Part shown: piece by piece, positions 25,975-39,989 of the stretch
Layout: each line of letters starts with the position of its first letter
Numbering within the stretch: position 1 is the first letter of the stretch
Source: the human T2T-CHM13v2.0 reference genome, Homo sapiens
Reading direction: 5' to 3'
Assembly: GCA_009914755.4 (NCBI GenBank)
Contig: CP068257.2
Span: 13,792,001-13,856,000, forward strand
DNA length: 64,000 bases
The notes under the pieces: generated by a model
Seen by the model: the letters and a program-made list of their open reading frames with translations, nothing else
The model's database searches: none
What the model was told of the DNA's origin: nothing
Position numbers and translations under genes: made by a program

Positions 25975-28435
25975 CACAAAGGAGTGGTTACAAAGGTGAG
26001 TTATGGATGCAAAAATCTTAATAAAATACCGGCAAACCAAATCCAGCAGTACATCAAAAAGCTTATCCACCACGATCAAATCGGCTTCATCCCTGGGATG
26101 CAAAGCTGGTTCAACATATGCAAATGAATGAACATAACCCATCACATAAACAGAATCAATGACAAAAGCCACATGATTATCTCAATAGATGCAGAAAAGT
26201 CCTTCAATAAAATGCAACATCCCTTCATGTTAAAAACTCTCAATAAACTAGGTATTGATGGAACAAATATCAAAATAATAACAGCCATTTATGACAAACC
26301 CACAGCCAGTATCATATTGAATGGGCAAAAGCTGGAAGTATTCCCTTTGAAAACTGGCACAAGACACAGATGCCCTCTCTTATCGCTCCTATTCAACATA
26401 GTATTGCAAGTTCTGACCAGGGCAATCAGGCAAGAGAAAGAAGGTATTCAAATAGGAACAGAAGAAGTCAAATCATCTCTGTTTGCAGACATCATGATTC
26501 TATACTTAGAAAACCCCATTGTCTCAGCCCAAAAACTCCTTAAGTGGATAAGCAACTTCAGCAAAGTCTCAGGATACAAAATCAACGTGCAAAAATCACA
26601 AGGATTCCTATACACAAACAATAGACAAGCAGAGAGTCAAATCATGAATGAATTCCCATTCAAAATTGCTACAAAGAGAATAAAATACCTAGGAATACAG
26701 CTAACAAAAGACATGAAGGACCTCTTCAAGGAGAACTACGAACTACTTCTTAAGGAAATAAGAGAGGACACAAACAAATGGAAAAACATTCCATCCTCAT
26801 GGATAGAAAGAATCAATATCGTGAAAATGTCCATACTGCCCAAAGTATTTGAAAGATTCAATACTACTCCCATCAAACTACCATTGGCAGTCTTCTCAGA
26901 ATTAGAAAAAAACTACTTTAAATTTCATATGGAACCGAAAAAGAGCCCTAATAGCCAAGACAATCATACACAAAAAGAACAAAGTCAGAGGCATCATGCT
27001 ACCTGACTTCAAACTATATACTACAAGGCTACAGTAACCGAAACAGCATGGTGCTGGTACCAAAACAGACATATAGACCAATGGAACAGAACAGGGACCT
27101 CAGAAATAATACCACACATCTACAACCATCTGATCTTTGACAAACCAGACAAAAAAAATGCAATGGGGAAAACATTCCCTATTTAATAAATGGTGCTGGG
27201 AAAACTGGCTAGCCATATGCAGAAAAGTGAAACTGGACCCTTTCCTTATATCTTATACAAAAATTAACTCAAGATGGATTAAAGACTTAAATGTAAAACC
27301 CAAAACCACAAAAACCTTTGAAGAAAACCTAGGCAATACCATTCAGGACATAGACCTGGACAAAGATTTCATGATGAAAATGCCAAAAGCAATTGTAACA
27401 AAAGCCAAAATTGACAAATGGGATCTGATTAAACTAAAGAGCTTTTACACAGCAAAAGAAACTATCATCAGAGTGAACAGGCAACCTACAGAATGGGAGA
27501 AAATTTTTGCCAACTACCCATCTGACAAACATCTGATATCCGGAATCTACAAGGAACTTAAACAAACTTACAAGAAAAAAAACCAAACAATCCCATCAAA
27601 AAATGGGCAGAGGATATGAACAAACACTTCCCAAAAGAAGACATTTATGCAGCCAATAAACATATTTTAAAAAGCTTAACATCATTGATCATTAGACAAA
27701 TGCAAATCAAAACCACAATGAGATATCATCTCTTGCCAGTCAGAATGGTGATTATTAAAAAGTCCAGAAACTATAGATGCTGGCGAGGCTGTGGAGAAAT
27801 GAGAACACTTTTACATTGTTGGTGGGAATGTAAATTAGTTCAACCATTGTGGAAGACAGTACGGCAATTCCTCAAGGATCTAGAACCAGAAATACCATTT
27901 GACCCAGCAATCCCATTCCTGGGTAGATACCCAAAGGAGTATAAATCGTTCTACTATAAAGCACATGTACACGTATGTTTATTGCAGCACTATTTTCAAT
28001 AGCAAAGACATGGAACCAATCCAAATGCCCATCAGTGATAGATTGGATAAAGAAAATGTGGTACAAATACACTGTGGAATACTATGCAGCCATAAAAGGG
28101 AATGAGATCATGTCCTTCACAGGGACATGGATGAAGCTGGAAGCCATCATTCTCAGCAGGCTAACACAGAAAGAGAAAACCAAGTGGGTGCTGAACAATG
28201 AGAACACATGGACGCAGGGAGGGGAACAACACACTGGGGGCCTGTTGTGGGGTGGGGGGCGAGGAGAGGGAGAGCATTAGGACAAATAGCTAATGAATGT
28301 GGGACTTAAAACCTAGATGATGGGTTGATAGGTACAGCAAACCACCATGGCACATGTATACTTATGTGACAAACCTGCACATTCTGCACATTTATCCCAT
28401 AACTTAAGGTAAAATAAATAAAAAAGTGAGTGAAA
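25975..28435 (+). mobile_element. 5'-truncated L1 (L1PA-type), sense: ORF2 from the RT domain to the 3' UTR
   Basis: Translation matches L1 ORF2p ('...[21 protein letters not shown]...[11 protein letters not shown]...CWRGCGE...IAALFSIAKTWNQSKCPSVIDWIKKMWYKYTVEYYAAIK...'). The 3' UTR carries the G-rich block 'ggggtggggggcgagg' and ends 'cccataacttaaggtaaaataaataaaaaag'. Confidence 0.85.
26128..27006 (+). pseudogene. L1 ORF2 reverse-transcriptase fragment (292-aa open stretch); frameshifted remnants continue to about 28280
   Basis: The six-frame ORF 26128..27006 and the ORFs at 27137..27619, 27616..28002 and 27975..28280 line up with successive parts of L1 ORF2p in different frames. This indicates frameshifts. 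Confidence 0.8.
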
Positions 28436-28445
28436 AGATACTGTG

Positions 28446-28535
28446 ATTTGAATATTTGTATCTCCTCCAAAGTTCATGTTGGAACTTCAACCCCAGTGTG
28501 ATAGTACTGTATTAAAACATGGGATCTTTAAGAAG
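28446..28535 (+). mobile_element. MST-like MaLR LTR, 5' part (split by the THE1 insertion)
   Basis: 'tgtgatttgaatatttgtatctcctccaaagttcatgttggaacttcaaccccagtg' resembles the MST LTR start 'TGTGACTTGGATATTTGTCCCCTCCAAATCTCATGTTGAAATGTGATCCCCAATG'. Confidence 0.45.
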
Positions 28536-28899
28536 TTATATGGTTTGGCTGTGTCCTCACCCAAATCTCATCTTCAATTGTAGCTCCCATTTTTCCCACA
28601 TGTTGTAGGAGGGACCTGGTGGGAGACAACTGAATCATGGGAACAGCTTCCCCCATACTGTTTGCATGGTAGTGAATAAGTCTCATGAGATCTGATGGTT
28701 TTATAAGGGGAAACCCCTTTTGGTTGGTTCTCATTCTCTCTCTTGCCTGCTGCCATGTAAGATGTGTCTTTCACCTTCCACCATGACTGTGAGGCCTCCC
28801 CAGCCACAGGGAACTGTGAGTCCATCAAACCTCTTTTTCTTTATAATTTACCCAGTTTTGGGTATGTCTTTTTCAGCAGCGTCAAAACGGACTAATACA
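28536..28899 (+). mobile_element. THE1-type solo LTR nested in the MST-like LTR
   Basis: 'ttatatggtttggctgtgtcctcacccaaatctcatcttcaattgtagctcccat...gatctgatggttttataagggg...ccatgactgtgaggcctccccagccacagggaactgtgagtccatcaaacctc...gtcaaaacggactaataca'. Confidence 0.75.
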
Positions 28900-29225
28900 G
28901 GAGGTGATTAAGTCCTGAGGGTGGAACCCTCATGAATGAGATTAGTGATCAGATAAAAGTGCTGGAAGGGACTAGCTAGACCAATTTTGCCCTTCCATCT
29001 CTTCCACTAGGTGAGGACACATATTTGTCCCCTTTTGCTCTTCCGCCTTCCACCATGTGAGGCTGCCACTGTGAGAGGATGCCATCAGTGGAATAAACCC
29101 TCAGCAGATGCCAACTCTGCTGGCACCTTGATCTTAGGCTTTCCAGCCTATAGAACTGTAAGAAAATAAATTTCTGTTGTTTATAAATTACCTAGTATCT
29201 AGTATTTTGTTATAGCAGTACAAAC
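28900..29225 (+). mobile_element. MST-like MaLR LTR, 3' part
   Basis: 'ggaggtgattaagtcctgagggtggaaccctcatgaatgagattagtg...ccaccatgtgaggctg...caccttgatcttaggctttccagcctatagaactgtaagaaaataaatttctgttgtttataaattacctagtatctagtattttgttatagcagtacaaacggactaagac'. Confidence 0.5.
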
Positions 29226-29456
29226 GGACTAAGACTGTCACCTACTATAAAATGCCAGAGTTCTGCTATTTTAAAAGTAAATATGAAGCAAAATGCACGA
29301 GACACTTTGTAAAGTTTAGGTCCATGATTTGAGAACACTCAAATAGCATAGACATGCTGGTGAGAACTTCAGTGATAGATACTACTGTTCACTGTACAGT
29401 ACATCTCAGATGGTCTCTGAATTGCAGGGAAGAAGTGGTTGCTGGGAAGCTTAGTG

Positions 29457-29896
29457 TCTTCATCCATTTTGTGTTGCTATAACAGAGTACCTGAGTCTGG
29501 ATAATTTATAACGAAAACAGGTTTAGTTAGTTCACAGTTTTGCAGGCTGAGAAGTTCAAAAGCATGGCCCTGGCTTCTAGTGAGGGTTTTGGTGCTAAAT
29601 CATAACATGGTGTAGGTCAAAGTGGAAGCAAACACGTGCAAAGAAGGAAAACCCAAGGGACATCTTTGCTTTTTCAGCAACCCACTCTCACAGGAACTAA
29701 TTCATTCCCACAGGAACTAATCCAGTCTGGCCAAAGCAAGAACTCATTCACTAACGTGAGAACAGCACCAAACCATTCATGAGAAATTTGCCCCCGTGAC
29801 CAAAACACCACCCATAAGGTTTCACCTCCCAACACTGCCACATTAGGGATGAAATTTCAACATGAGTTTTGGCGAAGACAAACTCAAACAACAGCA
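29457..29896 (-). mobile_element. MaLR LTR (MST/MLT-type), antisense
   Basis: 'cttcatccattttgtgttgctataacagagtacctgagtctggataatttataacgaaaacaggtttagttagttcacagttttgcaggctgagaagttcaaaagcatggc' is the reverse complement of the MaLR LTR 3' end. It ends with the reverse complement of the LTR start near 29896. Confidence 0.5.
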
Positions 29897-32624
29897 AAAA
29901 GTCCTGTTGTAGATCTACCTATTTTGTCTTTCTTTATTTCAAATTGAAAGCTATATAATTATATTTATATATATTTTAAAATATTATTTTAAATAATAAT
30001 AAAAATAAAATATATTTTAAAATATTAGTTTTAAAATAGTAATTTGATGTTACTCCAATATAACGCCAGAATTTTCCAAATAAAGCAATGGGTTACCTTT
30101 GTAACATTTTTGAACTGCATTTTTTTTGTTTAAAATAATTGTTTCTACTATGTTTCAATCCATGCGAATACATATCTTTTATTTAACACTTATAGGACAT
30201 TTTGTTTAATTTAGTCATTTTATCTTTCATTGATGATGAACTTACATGAAACCTGTGTAGTATTGGCCAAACTTTATTTTTAGGTGATATCAGGTTATAG
30301 CACTTTTTCTTTACCAAGAATGGAGGAAAATAAGTAGTACCTGTTTTTCAGAGGAAAGATAAATGTATGCAAAATATCAGTGTCATGGATGCAAGATCTC
30401 TGTTTATTAGCTATCAGGTAACTTAAGAGGTTAGAGACTGAAGAGAAAGCCATCCTCTACATATGGCTTTGGGAATTTGGCAAGAGGTGAAAGGAACATT
30501 ATAAGATTAAGGCCTGCAGAGTAACTTAACATGCCTTATGATATGTAGAAGAAAATGCAGAAAGATAGGAACATGTGAGTGATGTAGTCCAGGATTTACC
30601 ACAAGAAGCAGGAATCAACTGCTCACATGTATGTCTCTTTAATTGCCAGATATCTTAGTGTCTAATAGCAATTACATCCCAAAAGAACTACAATGACATT
30701 TATTGGGTAACCACTATGCCAGGCCAGATATTTTTGCATATGTTACCTCATTTAAGCCTCACAAATCCTCAGGTATCACTATCCTTTTGTTCAGATACTG
30801 GAACTGGAGATCAGAGCATTTAAGGGATTTCTGTACAGTCTGAAAAGTAAGGATCAGAGGTCAAATTCTAATCCAGGACAAACCGTTAACTATGCCTTCT
30901 TTGACTTTAAGATAAGAGAATAACTCAGAATTTTATACATTTAATAGGCAGAAAAACTCTAAATTCTCCAATTCTATACAGGTATTTCCTAAAAAGCAGC
31001 ATAATCATTGTCATCATGGGGAAGAAATGTAGATCAATCATCTCAATGCACTTGGCTTAGTGCTAGCAGTAGCTTTAAAGGAATTAATAGATAAATTCCC
31101 TTGACTACGATTTTAGAATCATTAAAAAAGCATTGAGAAAAGTTATTTTCTAGGTAACTTTCCCCATGATTTTGAAACTTAACCTTTATTGGAACCTTCC
31201 AAATCTTTCTGTTCAAATCCTTATGATTTAGATTATGAACTTAAGTTGGAAATAACTTTTCCTTATAAAATCATAATGGTTCTATCTATCTATACACACA
31301 TACGTATTTGACCTCAATTTAATTGTCTTTGAATGAGATTCTGCATTCATGTTAAGATATTTCATTTATTTAAACTAGATTATTCCATTACCAAACATGC
31401 CTTCTGTTTAAACTGTTTGAATCACAGCCAAGTAAGAAGCAAATCCTATTCAACTGAACTGAGCCTCTCTGGCCAGCCTTGTGAGTAAGGAGAAAAGAAG
31501 TAAAAGAGGGAGGAGAAGAGTTTGATTATGGTGATTTGGTACCTGGAAAAGATGGGGTAAAATCATCAGGTTTTGTAAATAAAAATACAGAACACTTGAA
31601 TACATTTGAACTTCAGATAAAACAAGGCACAGTTTTTTGTACAAGGATGTCTCAAATACTGCATGAGACATACTTATATTTTAAAATCACCCATTGTTTA
31701 TTTAAATTCATATTTAACTGGGTGTCCTATATTTTATCTGGTAACCCTAGATGAAGGATCACACAGGACAAATATAACTAGCATTGGGTTCCAATTGCCA
31801 CATGTCTTTTATGCACAGATTGGCAGGCTTCTCCTGGGGGAAAGTAGAGGCTTAAAATTGAGGCTGCTTTTGCTCACTGCTTAATAGTGACAAGCTATTG
31901 ATAGCCAGGCATTGCCAAATTCTCATTAGTTTCTAAAAGTCAGGAACTACATTTAGAAAAAAGCGGCTCGCTTATGGAGAGGTCATCTCTCCAGTAACCT
32001 CAAGTACCAGGAACACAGCTGAAACCCAGGAAGCAAGGGAAAAAAAGGCCTCTGAGGATTCAAAATAGAAACCATGTGCTAAAGCTCATGCTCTTTTCTC
32101 TGAGAAGAGGCCCTCAGACTTGCACTCAGTGTAATTTGCTCTTCTTTCAGACACCATCCAAACAAGTTTGGTTGTCTGATTTCCCACCCAACAGAGATAG
32201 AAAGCAGGAAATTGCAAAGTGGGCAGGATGGCTATGTAGACTAGGGGTCAGCCTTGTGGCAGACGATCTGGTAAAAACACATGCACACATATAGACACAC
32301 AAACACACACATGCACTCCACTATATGCAGCAATTCCCATAAAAATTTGGAAGAAATGTACCAAAATGGAATTTGTGGTTATTTTTTAGTAATGAGCTTA
32401 CAAGTGGTCTTATTTTCTTCTTACACTTTTTAAATATTAGCTAAACTTTTTACATGCATGTTTATGATCAGAAGAGGCAACACAGATATTTTCAATTAAA
32501 GAAAATTTAAAAATTATTTCTTGATTCTCTCAGGAGAGCTCTGTTCACACCTCTATTAGAAGCATTTCCCAAATGGTAATTATATGCCAGACATTTATTT
32601 GTCTTTGTCCTCTGCTGACTTGTA

Positions 32625-32722
32625 AACTTTTTGAGAGCAGAGTTAGTACCTTTGTAGCATTGTAGCCTTAGTTATCAGCATAATCTCTAGCACACCAATG
32701 CCCAATAAATATTTGTTGAGTA
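32625..32722 (+). mobile_element. MIR SINE 3' fragment
   Basis: Read directly: 'ctctagcacaccaatgcccaataaatatttgttgagtatggaatgaaag'. Confidence 0.4.
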
Positions 32723-33446
32723 TGGAATGAAAGTCAAAATGCATGGTGTTTCTATGGGCATCTAGACATGGAATTCTCCACACCTCTGTCTCCCAGGAGC
32801 AGTGCGCCACTGTGGTCTGCTTTGCCCTTTGACTAGGATAAAAGTCTACTCTAAGTCCACAATACAAATTAGAATTAAGATTGCATTCTCTGTTTTTAAA
32901 AGCACAGAGGAATATGATTTATTCTGGCAAAGTGTCTTTTGAAATGGTTAGCATCTTTTAAAGTTTTGGCTTAAAGGAATGAGTATAAGAAATTTTGAGA
33001 ATTCTCTTACTTTTAGTCATTTATTTGAAAATCTGGCTGTATCTGTTAATTGAGGATCATGGGCTAAAGATATGGGACACGGCTCTCAGAGTTGCACTAT
33101 AGAGGTAAAATGCAATCTGTAAAATATTGGCTGTAGAATAAGACCATGTACAAGTTCTAGAGGAAGAAATGAGAGACCCCTATATGTATTACTTTATATG
33201 GCATCTTTATAAAGCTTTAAGGCATGTGCATCTTTGCAAATAAATAAAAATGTGAAAAACACCAAAGCTCTACTTTCCTTGTAACCAATTTCCTTAAAGA
33301 CCCCCCCTTCTCAGTGCTACATAGAAGGATTGAATATGGTCTTAAGTTCTACTCTTTTTCAACACAAACGAAGATTAAACCAATTCATTCAGAAGAAAGA
33401 GAAATGACTGGATTCCATTTACAAGTAGAAAAGGAGTAGAATTTTA

Positions 33447-33786
<340 letters not shown>

Positions 33787-34235
33787 TCAGAAAGAAATAT
33801 ATGAGTTGCTGAACAGTGGATATCATGGCAGAGATACGTGACAATACTGAATAGGATGATTCACCATCTGTTATTTATGTTTTATAAATGATTTCAAAGC
33901 ACATTTTAGTAACTTGGACGGGATTCTCAAAGCGGGAAAACAGTGTTGCCTTTGCCCACAAATGCACCAGGGCCTGCCAGCAGAGCCCCTTAACCCTAAA
34001 AAGCAGCTACTCAAAATTAAAATGCACATGAGGACATTTTTCACTACAATCAACCTGGGTATCAGTATCGACGAACAGGGCTAAGCATTGGTAACTTAAT
34101 GCAGAGATAAATTTGTACTTTACCCATTGAATTTGGTTCCTTTTCCACATCTGTAAAAAGTTAAATAGAATGGTAAAGTTACCTGATTTGTCTTTCATCT
34201 CGTTATTTCTCTACTCCTTGAAGGTAATGCCGAGG

Positions 34236-34238
<3 letters not shown>

Positions 34239-34292
<54 letters not shown>
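34239..34292. repeat. (CA)18(GA)9 compound microsatellite
   Basis: Read directly from the sequence. Confidence 0.95.
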
Positions 34293-35098
34293 AAAAAAAG
34301 TAAGTCCAAAGCAGGCAGCAGGAAAAAGACAGAAAAAGTGACAAATAAATGATTAATCCCTGGAAAATTTAAATTTAATAGTGAATACGGACAACTTTCA
34401 ACTTATAAAAGAAAAACATCCCTTGGGCATCAAGCCTAAGATACTCAACTGTAAGAGGCGGTAAGTCTGTAAGCCTAATAAATAACTTTAGGAAAAGTTT
34501 TAAAACTTTGTTTTGATTTTTTAAATATCTAGACCAATGTGTTTTTAAAAACTAGAAATAATGGAATAAATTCCTAATATTTGAAAGAAGATGTCAAGAA
34601 AGATAGCGAAGCCTTCCTAAATCACAAGCCTCTATGTCACTCCTTAGACATAATCATCTTTTTGTATCCCACATGAAAATCTTCAGCTATGAAGTGACTA
34701 TACGGTGCTGTTCCTGCCCAAGTCACCACTAAACTGAGAAGGCTGATATGCCACTGGTCAGGAGACAGTTAATGATGTTACACAGGAAACATGGCACCCA
34801 AGTTTCTAACCAACAGTGAATCTGCTTGTTAATTACATTCTGAGCAGGGAGTGACTTTTGCTACCAAAGGGGATTTAAAGAACCCTTTCCACACTACTCC
34901 AGAGATGTGAATGCTGAGCCTACAGCCATGCAATGAAGTATATGTAGCAATGAGTATCACACAGCCTCACACAGTACTCTAAGAAATGGTTAAGAAAAAC
35001 AAATCCTCCATAAAAATCAAGTAAAACTATAAATAATTAAAAACTGCCTTTGGAATAAATGCATATGAATACTAAGTCTAATTAGCAATAAGGTCTTT

Positions 35099-35100
<2 letters not shown>

Positions 35101-35140
<40 letters not shown>
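35101..35140. repeat. (CA)20 microsatellite
   Basis: Read directly from the sequence. Confidence 0.95.
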
Positions 35141-35142
<2 letters not shown>

Positions 35143-35349
35143 TCCAAGGCAGACTTTGTAAGGCAAAGAATAATTTTAAAAAATGCTGTTGCTGTTCCCT
35201 ACAAAAATGCTGATTAAAGATTGCTACCCGCTTCTTACCCCAGAGAAAGTGGAAAGTCAAACCCTGATGCCCATATTTGCCTGTATCATGTCCAAGAAAT
35301 TATGGTAAATTGTGAATCAGTCACTACTAACAAATCCATTTGTCCTCTT

Positions 35350-35442
35350 CATAAAGACTGGAGCTGAAGAATCTGCTGTCAGGATTCGATGGACAGATAT
35401 CTAGAACAACAGACCCAGTGAATATTTGCTGAATGAATGAAC
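35350..35442 (+). mobile_element. MIR SINE 3' fragment
   Basis: Read directly: 'ctagaacaacagacccagtgaatatttgctgaatgaatgaacc'. Confidence 0.35.
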
Positions 35443-36516
35443 CTTGGATTTGGAAAGCCTTCTATACCAGATTCATGTTTCTGATGTTCTGAATGGAGAA
35501 AAACAAGTAAAGAGTTATCCTCAAAGTTTTCTCTCGTGATAGGGCTTATTTCTCTTTAGGTGTGCTACATACTATACTATGTTCTTCACATTCAAGATGA
35601 AACGGGATAAACGTCCTAACAAACTTTACCTCTCTGGACTTGACCTTTTAGATATATTTTGGTTCTGGTCTTGGCTTTTGGGTAAGTAGCTATACAGAGT
35701 TCATCCCTCACAGCCAGTTCAAGCTGGCTGAACATTATGTCCAGTAGAGGGTTCCCTGGGAGACTGATTTGGCTTAGAACCTTTTGACCCATTCTGTTGG
35801 CAAACTTAAAGGTTCACACAGGTCCGTCCTGATCCTTTCAACTATTTCAAACCTCCTATGCCCTTGAAGTGTTCTCTCACTTTTTTTTTCTTTTTTTTCC
35901 CTGAGTTCTTTTGAGCAGGGATAATTAGCAGGCGTATTAGTTTCCAAGGGCTGTCATAACGAATTACAAACTGGTGGCTCAAGATTACAGAAAATCATTC
36001 TTTTATAGTTGTGGAGGCGAGAGTCTGAAATCAGGGTGTCAACAGGACCATGCACTTTTCAAAGACTCTGGGGGAGAATCCTTCCTTGTCTATTTCAGAT
36101 TCTTGGCTTGTAGTTACATAACTCCAATTTCTGCCTCTGTCTTTGTATGATCTCTCCCCTGTGTTTTCTCCCTTTCTATGTATCAGGACATTTTTCATTG
36201 AATTTAGGGCCAATTAGGATAATTCCAGATGATCTCATCTTGAGATCCTTGACTTAATTATCTCTGCAAAGATCCCTTTTCCAAATAAGGTCACATTCCC
36301 AGGTACCAGGTGGACATACCTTATGTGGAAACCACCATTCCATTCACTACAGTGAGTGATTCATCTTTAGATTTGAAGAGGTAAATAATTTGTGGTATTA
36401 CATTTGGTGCTCTAAACATTTATTTTAAATATTCTGCATACCTTAACTTTGTGTCTATTTATTTTAAGTTATTGCTTTAACTTATTATTATTGTCTTCAT
36501 TGGTAGTTCTTCTAGA

Positions 36517-36733
36517 CCAAAGTTTTTCAGTCACAGCATGACTGACATTTGGGGCTTGATAATTCTTTCTTGTGGGAGGATTTGCTGCTCATTGTATTGT
36601 GTTTCACAGCATCCCTCGCCTCTACTCTCTAGGTGCCAGTAGCATTCCACCAGTTGTGTCAATAAAACATGCCTCTAGAAATTCCCAAATGTCCCTGGAT
36701 CAGGAAATTGTTCTTGGTTGGAAACCACTGGTC
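36517..36733 (-). mobile_element. MER20-like hAT-Charlie nonautonomous DNA transposon, antisense
   Basis: 'ccaaagtttttcagtcacagcatgactgacatttggggcttgataattctttcttgtgggaggatttgctgctcattgtattgtgtttcacagcatccctcgcctctactctctaggtgccagtagcattccaccagttgtgtcaataaaacatgcctctagaaattcccaaatgtccctggatcaggaaattgttcttggttggaaaccactg' aligns by eye to the reverse complement of the MER20 consensus ('CAGTGGTTCTCAACC...GACATTTGGCAATGTCTGGAGACATTTTTGGTTGTCACAACTGG...GGCATCTAGTGGGTAGAGGCCAGGGATGCTGCTAAACATCCTACAATGCACAGGACAG...'). Confidence 0.6.
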
Positions 36734-37554
36734 CACTTCAAACATTTCTAGATAAGACTATTAGAAATTACACTGAAACACTAAAATTCATCTAAATCAT
36801 AACTTTGATTTCTTTGGCTAAAACTTGTGCACTGAAAATATTATAAAAATGTTTTATTTTATTTTGGTTCAGAATAATGAGTTAATGGAACATTTTCCCA
36901 GGGTATACATAATTTTCAATGGCCCAGTCTCTACTCACGTAGCAAGTGATATGAAGGACCAGGCTTAGTGCATGCTCTCCCATTTACTTATCTGCTATTC
37001 AAAAACGGGCAGAAATCTGCTCCTTTCGACCAGAAAGGCAAACTGAATTCCTTCATAACAGGGTTTGACAGAGAAATATATGTGATATCCATTAATGAAG
37101 TAAAATTGCAGAAAAACCACTTCTTTATACAAAGAGAAAAAATATCAACCATTCACCTTTATTGCCATTAGGATCAACATGGAACACTCAAACAATGGTT
37201 CTGTTATTAATTCAGAAACATCCAACCCACTTATGAGTTAAAGCAAGATATTAGGCACAGATCTATGAGCTATTAATATTGTCTGTTTTAATAAAACATA
37301 TCAGAGCTTACACTAACAAAAGTTGTTGCTTCAAGGTTGTAGACACCTTAGTAAGCTAGACAATTTAGTAAACTCCAAAACTGTCATTGCCCCATTCTCC
37401 AACCATTTTAAATGTTGTAGACCTGAAATAAAGGCCATCCTGAGTCTCAACAAGAACTCATTTTTGTTTAGAATTACATCTAATTTTGGTTAACTGGATT
37501 TTTATCTACAAAACTTGTTTCCAACATTCAAATCCACATTTAAAAGTTTAATAT

Positions 37555-37888
<334 letters not shown>

Positions 37889-39989
37889 GTTTAATGTTAC
37901 TACCAACAGAAATATTTTTAAGATTCCCAGTTTTCCAAGACAATTTAAAAAGACAAAGCAAAAATATTTTGAGTAATGATAGCTTCTTTGACATAAATAT
38001 AAGGTCTCCCAAGGTAACCGCTCTGAGAAGGACAATAAGCATTTGGATTTATAAATGTTGCTACTTTTAAGAAAATAAATTGCATTATTTTACAGATCCA
38101 ATCTATAGATAACCCATTAGCTAAACATTCTTTGAAAACAGAAATCAGATTTTTTTCCAGTTATAGCTAACAATACTAATTTCAAATAACAATTATAATA
38201 ATTTATTATGAGAGAAGATCTTTTTGAGCTATTAATTAACTGAATTGAGAGGTAGCATAGCATACTGAATAAAACCATGGGCTTAGTAGCTCAACTGCTA
38301 GGATGCAATTGTGACTCTGTCAGTTATCAACTGTGTGACCTTGGTTTTCTACTCTGTAAAATTGGTCTAATAATAGTAACAACCTCATTAAGTTGCTGTA
38401 AAGATTACAAGTTAATGCACATAAAGCATGAAGAGTAGAGTCTAGTATGTAGTAGATGTTCAATAAATGATTATTTCTGTGATTGTTTCACTTTTCTCAT
38501 GTCTCTTTTTATTTGATTTGATCCAATTCCCTAAAGACTTCACGTTAAGAAATAAAACATTTGACTCCAAAGACTTTTGGCAAGCTGCACTTTTCAGTCT
38601 CCTAGTTTGTCTTTATGGCCTTTGGGGTCCATATCTTTCTGCTGCATTTTACAAGTTCTGTTTCAATCATATTTACTTCCATTATATATTAAGTCATATT
38701 GAGACTACATAATAATACATGACAATAGATAAAAATTTGGTTAGCCCAGAGTAAAGAATTTAAAGTTATCATTGGACAGATAATAGAAAGAGGAGGAGGA
38801 TTATTTTGTGTGACATAAATCAAGCATGGTGAAAAACAACGTAATGCTCCCTCATAGAAGCAGGTTTTCACTAAGGGGCTGATGATATTCAAATTGCATA
38901 AAATGAATACTTTCCCTGGGATAGTCTTGACCACACAGTATTTATTTTTTTAATTCACAATATTTTTTGAATCAATTTTTAAGTTGGTGCTTAAGTGATT
39001 AATTTCTTAATCATGACATACTTATCTACTCCAATGTAGGAAAAATCTTTTTATCTCTCAATACTCATAAATAATAGATGAAATGTAATTGAACTATTAT
39101 AAATATTATTGATGACAGAAGGAAACAAACTTCTGAGTTCAGCTCTTCCTAACCCAAGAGAGATTGAGCAAAAATACGTATATTATGTGGGAAATTACAA
39201 TTCAAGTATTAGAACTCCTTTGTTTAGTTAGTTATTTGCCTCAGGCAGGTGATAATTTTCAAACCTAGAAACAATTTATTTTAAATATTCAAAAATTAAT
39301 ATAGAAAATAAGGCTACCAAACTTTTCCAAACACATTTACAAAGAATTCTTGAGGAGGAAAAACAAACTTGAATGATCTGCTTCCTCATTACCATAAAAA
39401 GTTGTTTTGTGATGAACCCCCTTGATTCTAAGGACAACAATCCATGACAATTATTATCACAGACAAAATTTCCAGAATATAAGAAATTCTTCCTGTTTCC
39501 TTAAGTGGTTTTAAAAAGATTCATCATGATCAAATATAATTTTAGTAAACTCTTCATTTCAGAATAACATAAGATGTCCCAGTGAGAGAATACGCTGAAA
39601 TCCTTTAATCATACTTTTTTGCAAAAGAGCATTTACAAAGCATCTTTAAGTCACCCTGAATTGGCATAACGTATTGAAGATTTGGGGCATGTGGCTGGAT
39701 GTTACCTTAACATGGTGACAAAGATACAGGAAGATAGAGAAGAAAGAAAATGGAGAATGGAAAAATTCCACCACTTGTACATAAAAAGCATGAGGTTACA
39801 TATGTTGTCTCTCTGCGTGGTTCTTCTTTCCAAGGCTCTGGGAAGGGAAAGGGGTAAAATGATCTTCAATTCTTTCTCAGGCCTGTACTGTACCACTGCC
39901 TTTCAATATTCTCCCATTTGGCTGAGTTTGTCGAATTTAAAACATGATGCAGTGTTTACTTTATACACATTAAAAGGGAGTTATGTTTA

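Noticed and set aside
25040-25975. A possible LTR-like repeat immediately upstream of the truncated L1
   Set aside because: I could not match it to any consensus from memory or find TG...CA termini or a TSD. I left it unannotated.
26128-28280. The largest ORFs in the track (292, 160, 128 and 101 aa) read as a host protein-coding gene
   Set aside because: They are successive frameshifted pieces of L1 ORF2p from a 5'-truncated L1 at 25975-28435, so they are transposon pseudogene remnants.
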